Positions 54,171 to 64,000 of a stretch of DNA of 64,000 bases are shown here, piece by piece; position 1 is the stretch's first letter; each line of letters opens with the position of its first letter. Origin of the DNA: an uncultured Nitrososphaeraceae archaeon (GTDB lineage Archaea > Thermoproteota > Nitrososphaeria > Nitrososphaerales > Nitrososphaeraceae); contig CAVZZA010000003.1 of the NCBI GenBank assembly GCA_963779615.1, positions 1,024,001 through 1,088,000 of the forward strand, given 5' to 3'. The translations under genes and the position numbers were made by a program. The notes beneath the pieces were generated by a model. It ran no database searches, was not told the origin of the DNA, and saw only the letters and a program-made list of their open reading frames with translations.

Positions 54171-57100
54171 GCGGCAGTAAAAAAAACGGAAGGAAAAACA
54201 AATCAATTATAAAATACGGGCTGACTTTCCTAAAGCGATACAGAACCAAACTTTCTTTTGCAATATTTTGGTCCATCCTTTTTGTTATAATTCCAATGCA
54301 AATACCAGTAATTACGGGCACGTTAGTTGATGGATTGGGTGCAAGCGGTGAAAATCCAATTTCATTCTACAGTATTGAAATTGGCAAGACTCCTTATGAT
54401 GCTTTAAAGTTCGGCATTGTCAGCCTGTTGAGTGTTTCTTTGCTATATGGCATTACAGCTTATATGAGAATTTCCCGTGCATCAATTGTTAGCAGGAAGT
54501 TTGTTTTTGAGCTTCAAAGGGCAATAGTTCAAAAATTAGAATTCCTATCCTTGGATGTCCATAGAAAATATGGTTCTGGCGACCTTTTAAACCACATAAT
54601 AGTGGATACCAACAATGTAAGGCCCTTTGTGGAAACAACAGTTATAAAAACAATAACCAACATTGCCAGAATATCATATCCTCTTGTTATACTTGTTCTT
54701 ATTGATCCCTTTCTGGCAATGGTTGCATATTCAATATTGCCTGTTCAATATTTATCCATAAGAAAGATTCAGTCAAAAATAAGCCATGTGTTGGCACAGC
54801 AGAGAAATGATAAATCAAGGTTAACCACACTGTTAAAAGAAAATCTTGACAATATCGAAACCATCCAATCGTCCAGTGCTGAAAAAAACTTGATAGGAAA
54901 AATAACAAGCGATATTGGACAGATTGAGTCATCGCAAATAAAGGCTCAACGCCAATATGGAATTATGATGGGTTGTGCATACGGTTTAACAGCATTGGGT
55001 ATGGCATTGATTTGGTGGTTCGGAGGACAAAAAGTTTTGCATAATGAAATCACTCTCGGTCAACTTGTAATATTCTCAGGGTTTCTTCTCTTCGCTTATG
55101 AGCCAGTCCGATACTTTACCAGGAACGTAAAAGATCACCACAGGAGCATTATCGCATTGAAACACATACGAGCGGTTTTAGAGATACCCTCTTCTATTAA
55201 TGAGGAATATGACGCTCCAGGTTTAAGAGCATCAAACTGCAACATAGTTTTTCAGCATGTCTCTTTTTCCATTGGTAAAAAAAATAAAAGCATACTAAAG
55301 GATGTTTGTTTAGACATAAGCCCCAAAAGCATTACGGTGCTTGTTGGGAAAAGCGGATCTGGGAAAAGCTCTATTTTGAAATTGATTATGCGATTATATG
55401 ATCCCTCTGAAGGGAAGGTATTGATTGACGGGCAAGACATTAAGCATGTTTTGGTATCTTCCCTAAGATCACAAATTGCCCTGGTGCCTCAGAGTCCTGT
55501 AGTGTTTTCTGGAACAATCAAAGAGAATATTCGCTTGGCAAACCCTGATGCCTCAGACAAGGAAATTGAAGAGGCATGCATTGCTTCGGATGCTTTATTG
55601 TTTATTAATAAATTTGAAAAGGGATTAAGTACAATCGTTGGTCAAGGGGGTGTACATTTGTCGGGTGGGGAAGTTCAAAAAATAGCTATTGCAAGAGCAT
55701 TGCTGAAGAAACCAAAAATATTATTATTGGACGAGCCCACATCTGCAATAGATACTGAATCTGCAAAGCACATCATGAATACATTGAACAGCTTAAGAAA
55801 GTCCATGACAATCGTCGTTGTAGATCATAGCATAAATTCAGTTGTTCAAGCAGACAATGTGATTACCATAAATGACGGGGTTGTGGTCGATACCAAAAGT
55901 AGAACGATGGTAAAAGAACTTTACAATGGATCGTATCTTGCTTACTCTCAGGACAATTTTAGCTATACGCTTTTAAATCATAATCAAACTAATATATTCC
56001 CCAACGGAATAAGTGGTATGGCATCAGATGTGGATGTTCCGCAGGGTGGAAGCATTGAAGGAAATAGCATAGATTACAGGGTCATTGGTAGAACCACCAA
56101 TAAACGGCGGATAGATGTTGTCTTTGTCGGTGATCAAAATAATCCGAAATTAAAGGTTTTCGTCTTTGCAGGGCAACATGGTGATGAAAAAGGTAGCAGG
56201 CAGTCGGCCCTGAGGCTAATCGATCATCTGATAAAAACCAAAGAGTTCCCCGATATCTGTGTCGGTGTTTTGTCTAATGCAAATCCTGATGGAGCCTTCA
56301 AAAACAAACGTCAAAACACTGCAGGAATTGATTTGAACAGAGACCACTTGTTATTAATGTCGGAAGAAAACCGCGCAATACATTCCTTTATTCAATCTTG
56401 GAAGCCAAATGTAATAATAGATGTCCACAACTATCCGCCTGTAAAGGAATACTTGAAGAAGAATAACTATGCATTTTACCAGGACGTGCTCATAGACGGG
56501 CCCACCAATCCCAGCATTATCAAAAAATTTGATAAAGATCAATTTGGTAGTTTATTGAATCATTTGCAATTGGATCTAGGCAAGTTTAACTATAGTTGTG
56601 ACAGGTATGTGTTAATCGATCCAGAGGGCAGGGCAAGGCATAGTACAGACGATATTGTTGATGCAAGGAATTTTTTGTCGTTAAGGCATAACGCTTTAAC
56701 CATCTTGGTTGAAGGAAAAGAACCCCTGCCTGGAAAAGATAAGGATCAGCAGTTAGAGCGCAGTATTTCTGCGCAATATCTTGCTCTCGTATCTATCCTA
56801 AAGTGGATCACCCAAAACAAATCCATCATACTTGAGAATCCCCAAACTGCAAATGAAAAAGCAGACAGGATTTCAATTAGATACAAGTTCAGCGAACCTG
56901 AAAAAAACTTTAAAATGAAATTTCTAAATACAGTTTCTAATGAAATTGAAGAATTTGCCATTCCTGCTTATGAATCATCTTTGGAAGACAGGAGAACTGT
57001 TAAAATGCCTTATGCGTATGCAATTCCAGGCAGCAAAGACAAATTGTTGGCCATTTTGCATGGTCACGGTTTTACCTCCACTAGGCTGGATAAATCAGAA

Positions 57101-57403
57101 TTATTCAAAGTACAGAAATATCTCGTGCTAGCATGCGAGCCTTCAAAAGCCAGCACAAAAAGAAAACCAAGGCCGCCTACAAACGTCCGATTGATAACCC
57201 TTGAGGAAGAAAAAGATTTATCGGGTTATGTTATTTTTAACACCAGTCAGGAGGGAGGATATTCACTGCCGCTCTTATTAGAACCTCAATCAGAATATGG
57301 GCTCACACGGTATGAAGAGTTGGGTTTAGACGTTACCCCAACGAAAGATTTTGATGCTTTAAGAATAACAGACAAAAAGTTCAGAGACATCCATAATAAT
57401 TGA
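54167..57403 (+). CDS. ABC exporter (TMD+NBD) fused to a C-terminal M14 zinc carboxypeptidase
   Basis: TMD with several TM helices; GKSGSGKS, LSGGE, LLLDEP, H-loop; then QHGDE, NPDG, RQN..GIDLNRD, IDVH, LVEG. Confidence 0.85.
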   Translation: MSGSKKNGRKNKSIIKYGLTFLKRYRTKLSFAIFWSILFVIIPMQIPVITGTLVDGLGASGENPISFYSIEIGKTPYDALKFGIVSLLSVSLLYGITAYMRISRASIVSRKFVFELQRAIVQKLEFLSLDVHRKYGSGDLLNHIIVDTNNVRPFVETTVIKTITNIARISYPLVILVLIDPFLAMVAYSILPVQYLSIRKIQSKISHVLAQQRNDKSRLTTLLKENLDNIETIQSSSAEKNLIGKITSDIGQIESSQIKAQRQYGIMMGCAYGLTALGMALIWWFGGQKVLHNEITLGQLVIFSGFLLFAYEPVRYFTRNVKDHHRSIIALKHIRAVLEIPSSINEEYDAPGLRASNCNIVFQHVSFSIGKKNKSILKDVCLDISPKSITVLVGKSGSGKSSILKLIMRLYDPSEGKVLIDGQDIKHVLVSSLRSQIALVPQSPVVFSGTIKENIRLANPDASDKEIEEACIASDALLFINKFEKGLSTIVGQGGVHLSGGEVQKIAIARALLKKPKILLLDEPTSAIDTESAKHIMNTLNSLRKSMTIVVVDHSINSVVQADNVITINDGVVVDTKSRTMVKELYNGSYLAYSQDNFSYTLLNHNQTNIFPNGISGMASDVDVPQGGSIEGNSIDYRVIGRTTNKRRIDVVFVGDQNNPKLKVFVFAGQHGDEKGSRQSALRLIDHLIKTKEFPDICVGVLSNANPDGAFKNKRQNTAGIDLNRDHLLLMSEENRAIHSFIQSWKPNVIIDVHNYPPVKEYLKKNNYAFYQDVLIDGPTNPSIIKKFDKDQFGSLLNHLQLDLGKFNYSCDRYVLIDPEGRARHSTDDIVDARNFLSLRHNALTILVEGKEPLPGKDKDQQLERSISAQYLALVSILKWITQNKSIILENPQTANEKADRISIRYKFSEPEKNFKMKFLNTVSNEIEEFAIPAYESSLEDRRTVKMPYAYAIPGSKDKLLAILHGHGFTSTRLDKSELFKVQKYLVLACEPSKASTKRKPRPPTNVRLITLEEEKDLSGYVIFNTSQEGGYSLPLLLEPQSEYGLTRYEELGLDVTPTKDFDALRITDKKFRDIHNN

Positions 57404-57709
57404 AATGATTGTTAACCGCACTTTTTGGTTTGTTCAATGAGACTCTAAAGCACAATTATCATTATTTAGACTCAAGTTTAGACGGAATAACTTCCCCATA
57501 GAAACGAATGGTAATTTTAATAAGAATACGCAGGTGCAGCCAGTCTCCTTGACCTTGTGTTCAGTATGACCTCAAGCTAGTGAACTCAGGCCAGCCTGCA
57601 ATCCATATCCTCCCACAATCAGAGTAATCACTCAAGTGACTTTGAAAATGTACCAATTAGCATAAACACAAAAACAATCTACAACCTTCATTTATCTAAC
57701 GTGTTCTCA

Positions 57710-58300
57710 ATGATGTTGACGACCAAATCCAAATTGGTTAGTTCCTACAAAAAGGAAACAGACTCAGAGGTTAAGGAAAGACTGCCATTAGTTATCAGGT
57801 AAGAGAAGACGGACGCATTCCTTTTCTTGTTGTTATGGTGATGAAAAGAAGCTACCCTTGGGCGGGGCTGGCTAAAAAGATATGATAAGGAAGGCATTGA
57901 GGGACTGAAGGATAGGACAAGAAGCGGCAGAACACCTGAGATATCACAAGAGACTTCCAGTCAAATAAAAAAAGAACTAGCTGGCTCCAAACAGGGCGGG
58001 ACAACAAAACAGGTGGAAGAGCTGTTTGTGGAGAAAAGCGGCACAAAATACCATTATACCCACACATACCGCATACTTCGCAAATGGGGTTTCAAGCAGA
58101 AGGTGCCAGGAAAAGCGCATGTCACCACGGCATCCAAAGATGAGAAAGAGGCTCTCAAAAAAAGGCCACAGAGCATCGCCGCACCACAGGCCAAGGAAGG
58201 TTAGGAAGTATTTTGGCAGGCATAAAGGCAGCCTGATATCAGTATACCTTCCAACCGCATCACCAGGGTTTATGGTGATGTAGGGCGGTATGGAACATGG
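57710..58300 (+). pseudogene. Degraded IS630-family transposase
   Basis: WLKRYDKEGIEGLKDRTRSGR, YRILRKWGFKQKVP and YLPTASP segments in broken frames. Confidence 0.8.
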
Positions 58301-59035
58301 CCAAACGAGATTTGTTTATCCTAGAACACTAGTCATCATTTACCGATTTTAAAAACAAGATATCTCTTTTTCAGAACAAAAAGATTCGGTCTTGATGCGA
58401 GAAACTATCTTCTTAGGAATACACTTTAGGAAACTAAGGCTAATCGGTATGTCATCATCAAATTGACATATGGTGGGCGGGCAAGGCTATTGCCAACAAC
58501 AACTAAGGCTAATAACGGAATACATGCATACAGTGCTTTACTAAAATCCTTTACCCCAATTTAAACACCATCAGAAAGGCTCGAATCCTCAGCAATCACA
58601 TATACCCTGGGTAATAGGGTTTGACCGCTTATCCGAGCAGTTTACGACTGAAGGTATGGACTTTACAACAAAACCCAAACAAAATGATATGGCAATAATT
58701 AGCATACAGCAAGTATTTTCATAGACACGGGCTTTGGGCGCTTGCTTGGAAATGCTGGTATCGTTGCGGTAGTTTCAACAGGCATTGCTGCAGAATTCGG
58801 TTAGAATCCAGTGCCAGGGATGCGTTCAACAGAGGGTTCTATTCTGTAGTAGTTGTTTTGAGAGCACTGTACATGTTTTTCCAGTCCACCTCCTTTTTCT
58901 TTTCTGGCCGTTGTTTATTGCCAAGCCTTCCTGCGACTTGCCTTGGGCCCAAACCCATGTTCTCTGGCATTTCGGAGGATTCAGGGGTTTGCGGGTTGTC
59001 GGTGGCAGACAACCATCCACAGTTGACCCCCTGAA

Positions 59036-61006
59036 TCACCTTGGCAGCAATGCCCTGTGCATGTCCCACAGTATCAGTGTGTATTCGGACAGAAATGGCG
59101 GTCCCCCGCCAAAGTTTCGGGGCTCGCCACCGCGTGCAAACTGACAAGATTCGTCTCTTACCTGAACTGGCGCAGAATCCAGCTTTACCGGCTTGCTTGC
59201 CTCCTTGAAGACAACAGTGCTCTTGCTGTCATAGTTGCAGTCACCAGTCCTTGTCAGCGGGAGGTTGATTTCATCTGCAACGGATTGCTTTTTGAGCACC
59301 AGCCTCTTGTCGCCTGTGTTGAGCCCAAACCAATCCTCAACTCCGGCACCAGTGGATGGGTTTATGAAATCTACACGCATCCACTGCCAGCCACTTGTTG
59401 GGGTGCCATCCCTGCGCTGAAGGTCCGGCAGGGTTATCAGTTTGCCTGCGTCTGCCAACTCGGGTATCGGGACATCCCTTAGCCTGAGCGTGGTCTGTTC
59501 ACTGGTGTACACCATTGATATTTGTGTCAGGATGTTTTTGACCTCTAGGAGTGGGTACCTTGCCGGTGGTGGCTGCTCTCTGAACAGATCGTAATGATCT
59601 TTGTCCTGCACCATGACTGGCAGGTCAAACTCCCCATCCAGCCCCGCAATTCTGATTTTTCCTGGTTGCTCTTTTCTCTTGGATGAGTCATCTCCCACCC
59701 CATTAGGCCCGTATCCAAATGCAGACAGGAATTGAGGCGCCACGTCTGTGGTCGTTGCCCCAGTGTCAAAATTGTATTCCACTGGTTGGCTCCACGTTCC
59801 ATCTGGCAGCTTCAATTGAATAGGCAATATAGTCCTGGTTTCTGAACTTGTGAGGTTATAAACAAGAGTACTCTTTGGTTGTGACAGTATCCGAACCTCA
59901 GTTATTGAGGCCCATAGATTTTCAGTATTTCCGTTAACAGTTATCCTCACATATTTGGCATGTAATGTAGAGTTTGGAATAAGATAACGCTCCAGATAGT
60001 TAGTCTTTCCGCCGCTTTTGGACGAAAACACATTCACAAAGTTAGAGCCATCGTTAGAAGCAGAGACAGTAAACGCACTTGTCCTAAGATCGCCCCTTTG
60101 CCAGGCAATGTCAATGGCGCATACCACTGTACTGGGTTCAAGTTCATACTGAATATAAGATCCAATACCATAGTCACCCCATCTGGTGTCAAAGTTTTTG
60201 TCAAGGGTATTTTGCGGAACCTTAGTGCCATCATAACCACTTGAGCGAACTCCAAGTATCTTTGACTCGCCACACCCGGCAGTGGGAACAGTTGAGGACG
60301 GCTTTGACAGTATTTGAACCTCAGTTATTGAGGCCCAGTTATTTTCCGTGTTCCCATTGACAGTTATCCTTATGTATTTGGCCTGAAGATCGGGGTACTC
60401 AACAACATAACGCTCATAAGAGTTTGTCTTTCCGCCGCTTTTGGACGAAAACACATTCACAAAGTTAGAGCCATCGTTAGAAGCAGAGACAGTAAACGCA
60501 CTTGTCCTAAGATCGCCCCTTTGCCAGGCAATGTCAATGGCGCATACCACTGTACTGGGTTCAAGTTCATACTGAATATAAGATCCAATACCATAGTCAC
60601 CCCATCTGGTGTCAAAGTTTTTGTCAAGGGTATTTTGCGGAACCTTAGTGCCATCATAACCACTTGAGCGAACTCCAAGTATCTTTGACTCGCCACACCC
60701 GGCAGTAGGATCCGAGGCTAAAGATGCAGAAGGAGATATTTGGGAAGATGATGATGGGGTTTTGTACTGCAAAGGATCAGCATCAGAAGGTAAAGGTGCA
60801 GAGCGGGTGGATTTGGGGGAGGATGATGGGGTTTTGTACTGCAAAGGATCAGAGTACCTAAAAATAGGGACATCAAGATACTTGTCAAATAATTCAGAAA
60901 CAGATGATGCGGCATAAATCTTGGTAACAAGATCAGGCATGCCAGGCATAGCAAAGATTAACATTAAAACAACAGATGCGGATAACAAGCGGTTATATTT
61001 TATCAT
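59036..61006 (-). CDS. Secreted protein: two F5/8 (discoidin/CBM32) domains plus a bilobed aspartic-protease-like region
   Basis: Signal peptide; NTLDKNFDTRW and KY(I/V)RITVNGNTEN.WASITEV twice; FDTGAT and LNTGD motifs. Confidence 0.8.
   Translation of the reverse strand: MIKYNRLLSASVVLMLIFAMPGMPDLVTKIYAASSVSELFDKYLDVPIFRYSDPLQYKTPSSSPKSTRSAPLPSDADPLQYKTPSSSSQISPSASLASDPTAGCGESKILGVRSSGYDGTKVPQNTLDKNFDTRWGDYGIGSYIQYELEPSTVVCAIDIAWQRGDLRTSAFTVSASNDGSNFVNVFSSKSGGKTNSYERYVVEYPDLQAKYIRITVNGNTENNWASITEVQILSKPSSTVPTAGCGESKILGVRSSGYDGTKVPQNTLDKNFDTRWGDYGIGSYIQYELEPSTVVCAIDIAWQRGDLRTSAFTVSASNDGSNFVNVFSSKSGGKTNYLERYLIPNSTLHAKYVRITVNGNTENLWASITEVRILSQPKSTLVYNLTSSETRTILPIQLKLPDGTWSQPVEYNFDTGATTTDVAPQFLSAFGYGPNGVGDDSSKRKEQPGKIRIAGLDGEFDLPVMVQDKDHYDLFREQPPPARYPLLEVKNILTQISMVYTSEQTTLRLRDVPIPELADAGKLITLPDLQRRDGTPTSGWQWMRVDFINPSTGAGVEDWFGLNTGDKRLVLKKQSVADEINLPLTRTGDCNYDSKSTVVFKEASKPVKLDSAPVQVRDESCQFARGGEPRNFGGGPPFLSEYTLILWDMHRALLPR
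60003..60706. repeat. 281-bp direct repeat (60003-60283 and 60426-60706), apparently identical
   Basis: Same sequence at 423-bp offset; the shadow ORFs 60034-60273 and 60457-60696 are identical. Confidence 0.92.
60750..60852. repeat. 31-bp direct repeat at 72-bp spacing (DPLQYKTPSS)
   Basis: GATGATGGGGTTTTGTACTGCAAAGGATCAG twice. Confidence 0.85.
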
Positions 61007-62512
61007 GGGTATCCACCCCCAATTATTTTTGTATTTATTTGTAAATATTTACCAATTCCGATTGGCAATAGTGCACTATTTATACTCAACTTAAAGAGGT
61101 AAGATAATTTGATATATATGGGACGCTTGATTATATTACAAAAAAAAGGTTACATGGCCTGTTCCCTAGATTTTAGGTTTAATAATTCTGGTTATTATGA
61201 AACTGTATAACTATTACTATAATTTAGAATATAAAACAAACATTGTAAAATTTTAATGCATAATCCATTATGCTTCAATGACCACATCCTCTCATCAAAC
61301 TCTGGCTCATTTGCGGGCTGATTGTTTTTGTTTGTCCACACCATTCTATTCCTTGCTAATCAAATTTTGCAGTGTCCTTTTGGCCTTCAAGGATTGGATT
61401 TCTGACTTGGAAGGAAATGACACATTTGAGGTAGACAAGCAAAAAGTGTTGAAAGGTGTAAAATATGGTCTAATTATTAAGTGGTCTTGATGGAATTATT
61501 TTCTATCCGAATACACCAAAAAACAGTTATCAAACATATTTCACACATCCAAAACTAATCGCCTTCGAAATTGATTTACTTGTATTATTGATTTGCCATA
61601 AGGAGTAGAGGCAATAATCGGGTGGTTCCAACGTTTCTCAAGGCAATTGACAAACAGAGAATCAAGAGTGTTTTTGACTCTGTCTTTCCTTCTGGTCCCT
61701 CAACCAAATAAGACGGAATCATATTTTTTTGAATTGTGCAAAATTCTTATGGTTTCTAAACAAAGTAACAAATTTATTTTCTTCGAGTTCCAATGTATGG
61801 AACTATGTGTTGATTTTAATGTAACGTGTTTTTCTACCCTGTCCCTATTCAAATGTGAGTACACATTGATAGAATATATGAACATGTTCATTTTACTCAA
61901 ATGAATTGATATGTACATATATTATCAACACTAATTCCATTACATAACCATGCTAAAGGTAACAGATTATTAGATTTACAAATCAACATGTCACACATAA
62001 CACAACATATGAATATGTTCTTGTTAACAACGTGTTCTAATAAGATTTGCTACCTTCAACAATGACCAATCTAACTATAAATTTGGACGATTAGAATACG
62101 TAAATAGTTGTATTATATCAATGACACATGTATTATCCTGTGTCAAATTCCTTATTTCGAGAAATTAAAAAGACAAAGACCGGTTCTCGGGTCTTGACAG
62201 ATAATATTTATTAGAAAATGAGAATCAAGTTTCTTGGTTTTATGTGTTTTCAAGCAGATTATAAAATTTATATATAAGGGATCATCATGATAATCGTTTT
62301 TCATCGCTTTTGTTGTTGTGGATGTTGATACTGCTAAAGATGCGGCCATCAATATCATATGCAAAGGTATTTTCTGATAATTAAACACACCATATCATTG
62401 ATTTAAACACATTAAACATGAACCAAAAGAATAATATTATACCCATTATATCTAAAGAGGTTACCTAAAGAATACAATCATCGGACAGATTAATAAATAG
62501 GAGGTAGACAAA

Positions 62513-63763
62513 ATGAAAGGGGTAGTAAAAAAAATTCCGGATAAGTTAAGTAATGATTTAGATCTCAACTATGATAAAAACATTGGAAATGAATTCAAAA
62601 TCCTTTTTGTTGGTGATACAACTTTTGGAGAAAACTATGTTAATGATTATGGATCCCGAAAGGATATCGGATATAATCCCTTAGAAAGGTTTGACCGCGA
62701 CTATTTTTTCCAAAAGGTAAAGCCCATTTTACTTGAATCCGATTTGGTTATTGCAAACCTTGAAACACCACTGATAGATGTGAATAATACCGTGAGACCC
62801 ACTTTTCCAGTTTCCTCCACTAACCGTTACGGCAAAAAGAATGGTGTATATCAGCACTGGACAGATAAAACGAAAACTGTCAAATATTTGAAAAAATACA
62901 ATATCCTCAATGTGTCATTGGCAAATAACCATGTGCTGGACTACGGAATTGACGGTTTACACCAAACTCTGGATAAGCTGGAAGAAAGCGGAATAAGATT
63001 CTTTGGTGCAGGTGTTAACAGAAGGCAAGCTGGCACACCATATACAAAAAACATCTTTATCGGGCACACAACGGTGAAACTTGCGGTTATCTCCGCCTTT
63101 GAATACCGCAAGGGATATGACGAGGACTTCTCTTTTTACGCAAGTGACATGAAAGGAGGAGTAAACAGGCTTTCACTTAATAGAATCCACCAAAAAATAA
63201 AAAAACTAAGAGAAGACAACAACAATGTCTTCGTTGTTGCATTTCCCCATTGGGGGGGACGCCGTAACTATGGCTGGAAGACAGACAAGCAGACAAGACT
63301 AGGGCACCAACTTGTAGACGCGGGGGCAGATCTTGTGATTGGTGGTGGTCCCCACAATATGCAACAAATCGAAGAATACAAAGGACGGCTGATTTTATAC
63401 AGCATTGGAAATTTTCTGTATAATTCTTGGGGCAATTATGGTAACTTCAACGCCATTCCTTTCAGTTTGGCAGTAAGGTTGGTATTTCAAACAAACGATA
63501 TAAAAAACCCGACCAATCAACCTGAACAAGATAATGCTGACAATGACATCCCCTTAGCAAAAGTAAAAAAAATACTCAAGGTATACCCCATTAAGACAGA
63601 CAATAGTGAGACGAATTTCCAAGGAAGATTCTTGGAAGAACAGGAGTTTAAGATTGTCCATGATATACTGACAGACAAAAACTCTTTTCTAAAATCCTCA
63701 AAAAGACCTACGAAAGCAGGGATTGACAAAATAGGCCGATTTGTAGAAGTGCACTTGGATTAG
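62513..63763 (+). CDS. CapA/PGA_cap-family metallophosphoesterase
   Basis: VGD, NLETP, LANNHVLDYG, PHWG, GGGPH, YSIGNF; GGAGG RBS. Confidence 0.88.
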   Translation: MKGVVKKIPDKLSNDLDLNYDKNIGNEFKILFVGDTTFGENYVNDYGSRKDIGYNPLERFDRDYFFQKVKPILLESDLVIANLETPLIDVNNTVRPTFPVSSTNRYGKKNGVYQHWTDKTKTVKYLKKYNILNVSLANNHVLDYGIDGLHQTLDKLEESGIRFFGAGVNRRQAGTPYTKNIFIGHTTVKLAVISAFEYRKGYDEDFSFYASDMKGGVNRLSLNRIHQKIKKLREDNNNVFVVAFPHWGGRRNYGWKTDKQTRLGHQLVDAGADLVIGGGPHNMQQIEEYKGRLILYSIGNFLYNSWGNYGNFNAIPFSLAVRLVFQTNDIKNPTNQPEQDNADNDIPLAKVKKILKVYPIKTDNSETNFQGRFLEEQEFKIVHDILTDKNSFLKSSKRPTKAGIDKIGRFVEVHLD

Positions 63764-64000
63764 GATCCATAAAAAACTATATCAGCAATGAAACAAACCA
63801 TTTGTAAAAACCACCTTTTAAGTATAAGATACTCGCATCTTTTCCCGTAACGCCCAAAAAAAGTGATACAAATGTTCCAATAATTAATAAGTTTATGTTG
63901 ATATCCCCATAGTTTCAGTTTCCTGAAACACAATTATGTATAAATTTAATAATAGTAAAATTTGGCTAATTAGAGGGTCATCTTTCAGATTATCTGTGCA

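Noticed and set aside
60003-60706. Template/variable repeat pair of a diversity-generating retroelement
   Set aside because: Copies are identical and both coding, with no adenine-specific differences and no reverse transcriptase in the window.
61278-62388. Small ORFs between the discoidin protein and CapA
   Set aside because: Low-information ORFs on both strands without motifs or clear start signals.

Overview
AT-rich archaeal chromosome segment from an ammonia-oxidising archaeon of the Nitrososphaeraceae, most like Ca. Nitrosocosmicus. This is inferred from gene content (PCNA/TFS/Rpo11, Rieske-cytochrome b-cupredoxin complex III, a TFB paralogue, intron-containing tRNAs). Positions 1-25 kb and 40-49.6 kb are core: cobJ, lysC, pcn, tfs, rpoL, asnS, AcnX pair, ncsA, rps15-DHH-pcc1-serS, petA/petB, rhomboid, suhB, herA, rad50/mre11 and ubiD, plus tRNA-Gly(TCC) with two introns and tRNA-Asp(GTC) with a D-loop intron. 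Many essential genes carry 1-bp frameshifts, most likely long-read indel errors, so any split or fusion needs caution. There are two accessory blocks. The first (25.3-40 kb) holds a processive GT2 operon, secreted low-complexity proteins, an RHH-like gene and TFB paralogue flanking a phased 10-bp repeat array, an IS6-type MITE, malic enzyme and a CarH-like B12-binding regulator. The second (49.6-64 kb) holds IS6 and IS630 remnants, a DUF1611-like P-loop gene coupled to an ABC exporter fused to an M14 zinc carboxypeptidase, a tandem-discoidin/aspartic-protease-like protein and a CapA-family protein. The best candidates for undescribed systems are the P-loop + ABC-M14 operon, the CarH-like B12 sensor with a transposase-like N-terminus, and the TGTAAY array between the RHH-like gene and the alternative TFB. 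All family calls are from motif recognition, not database searches.
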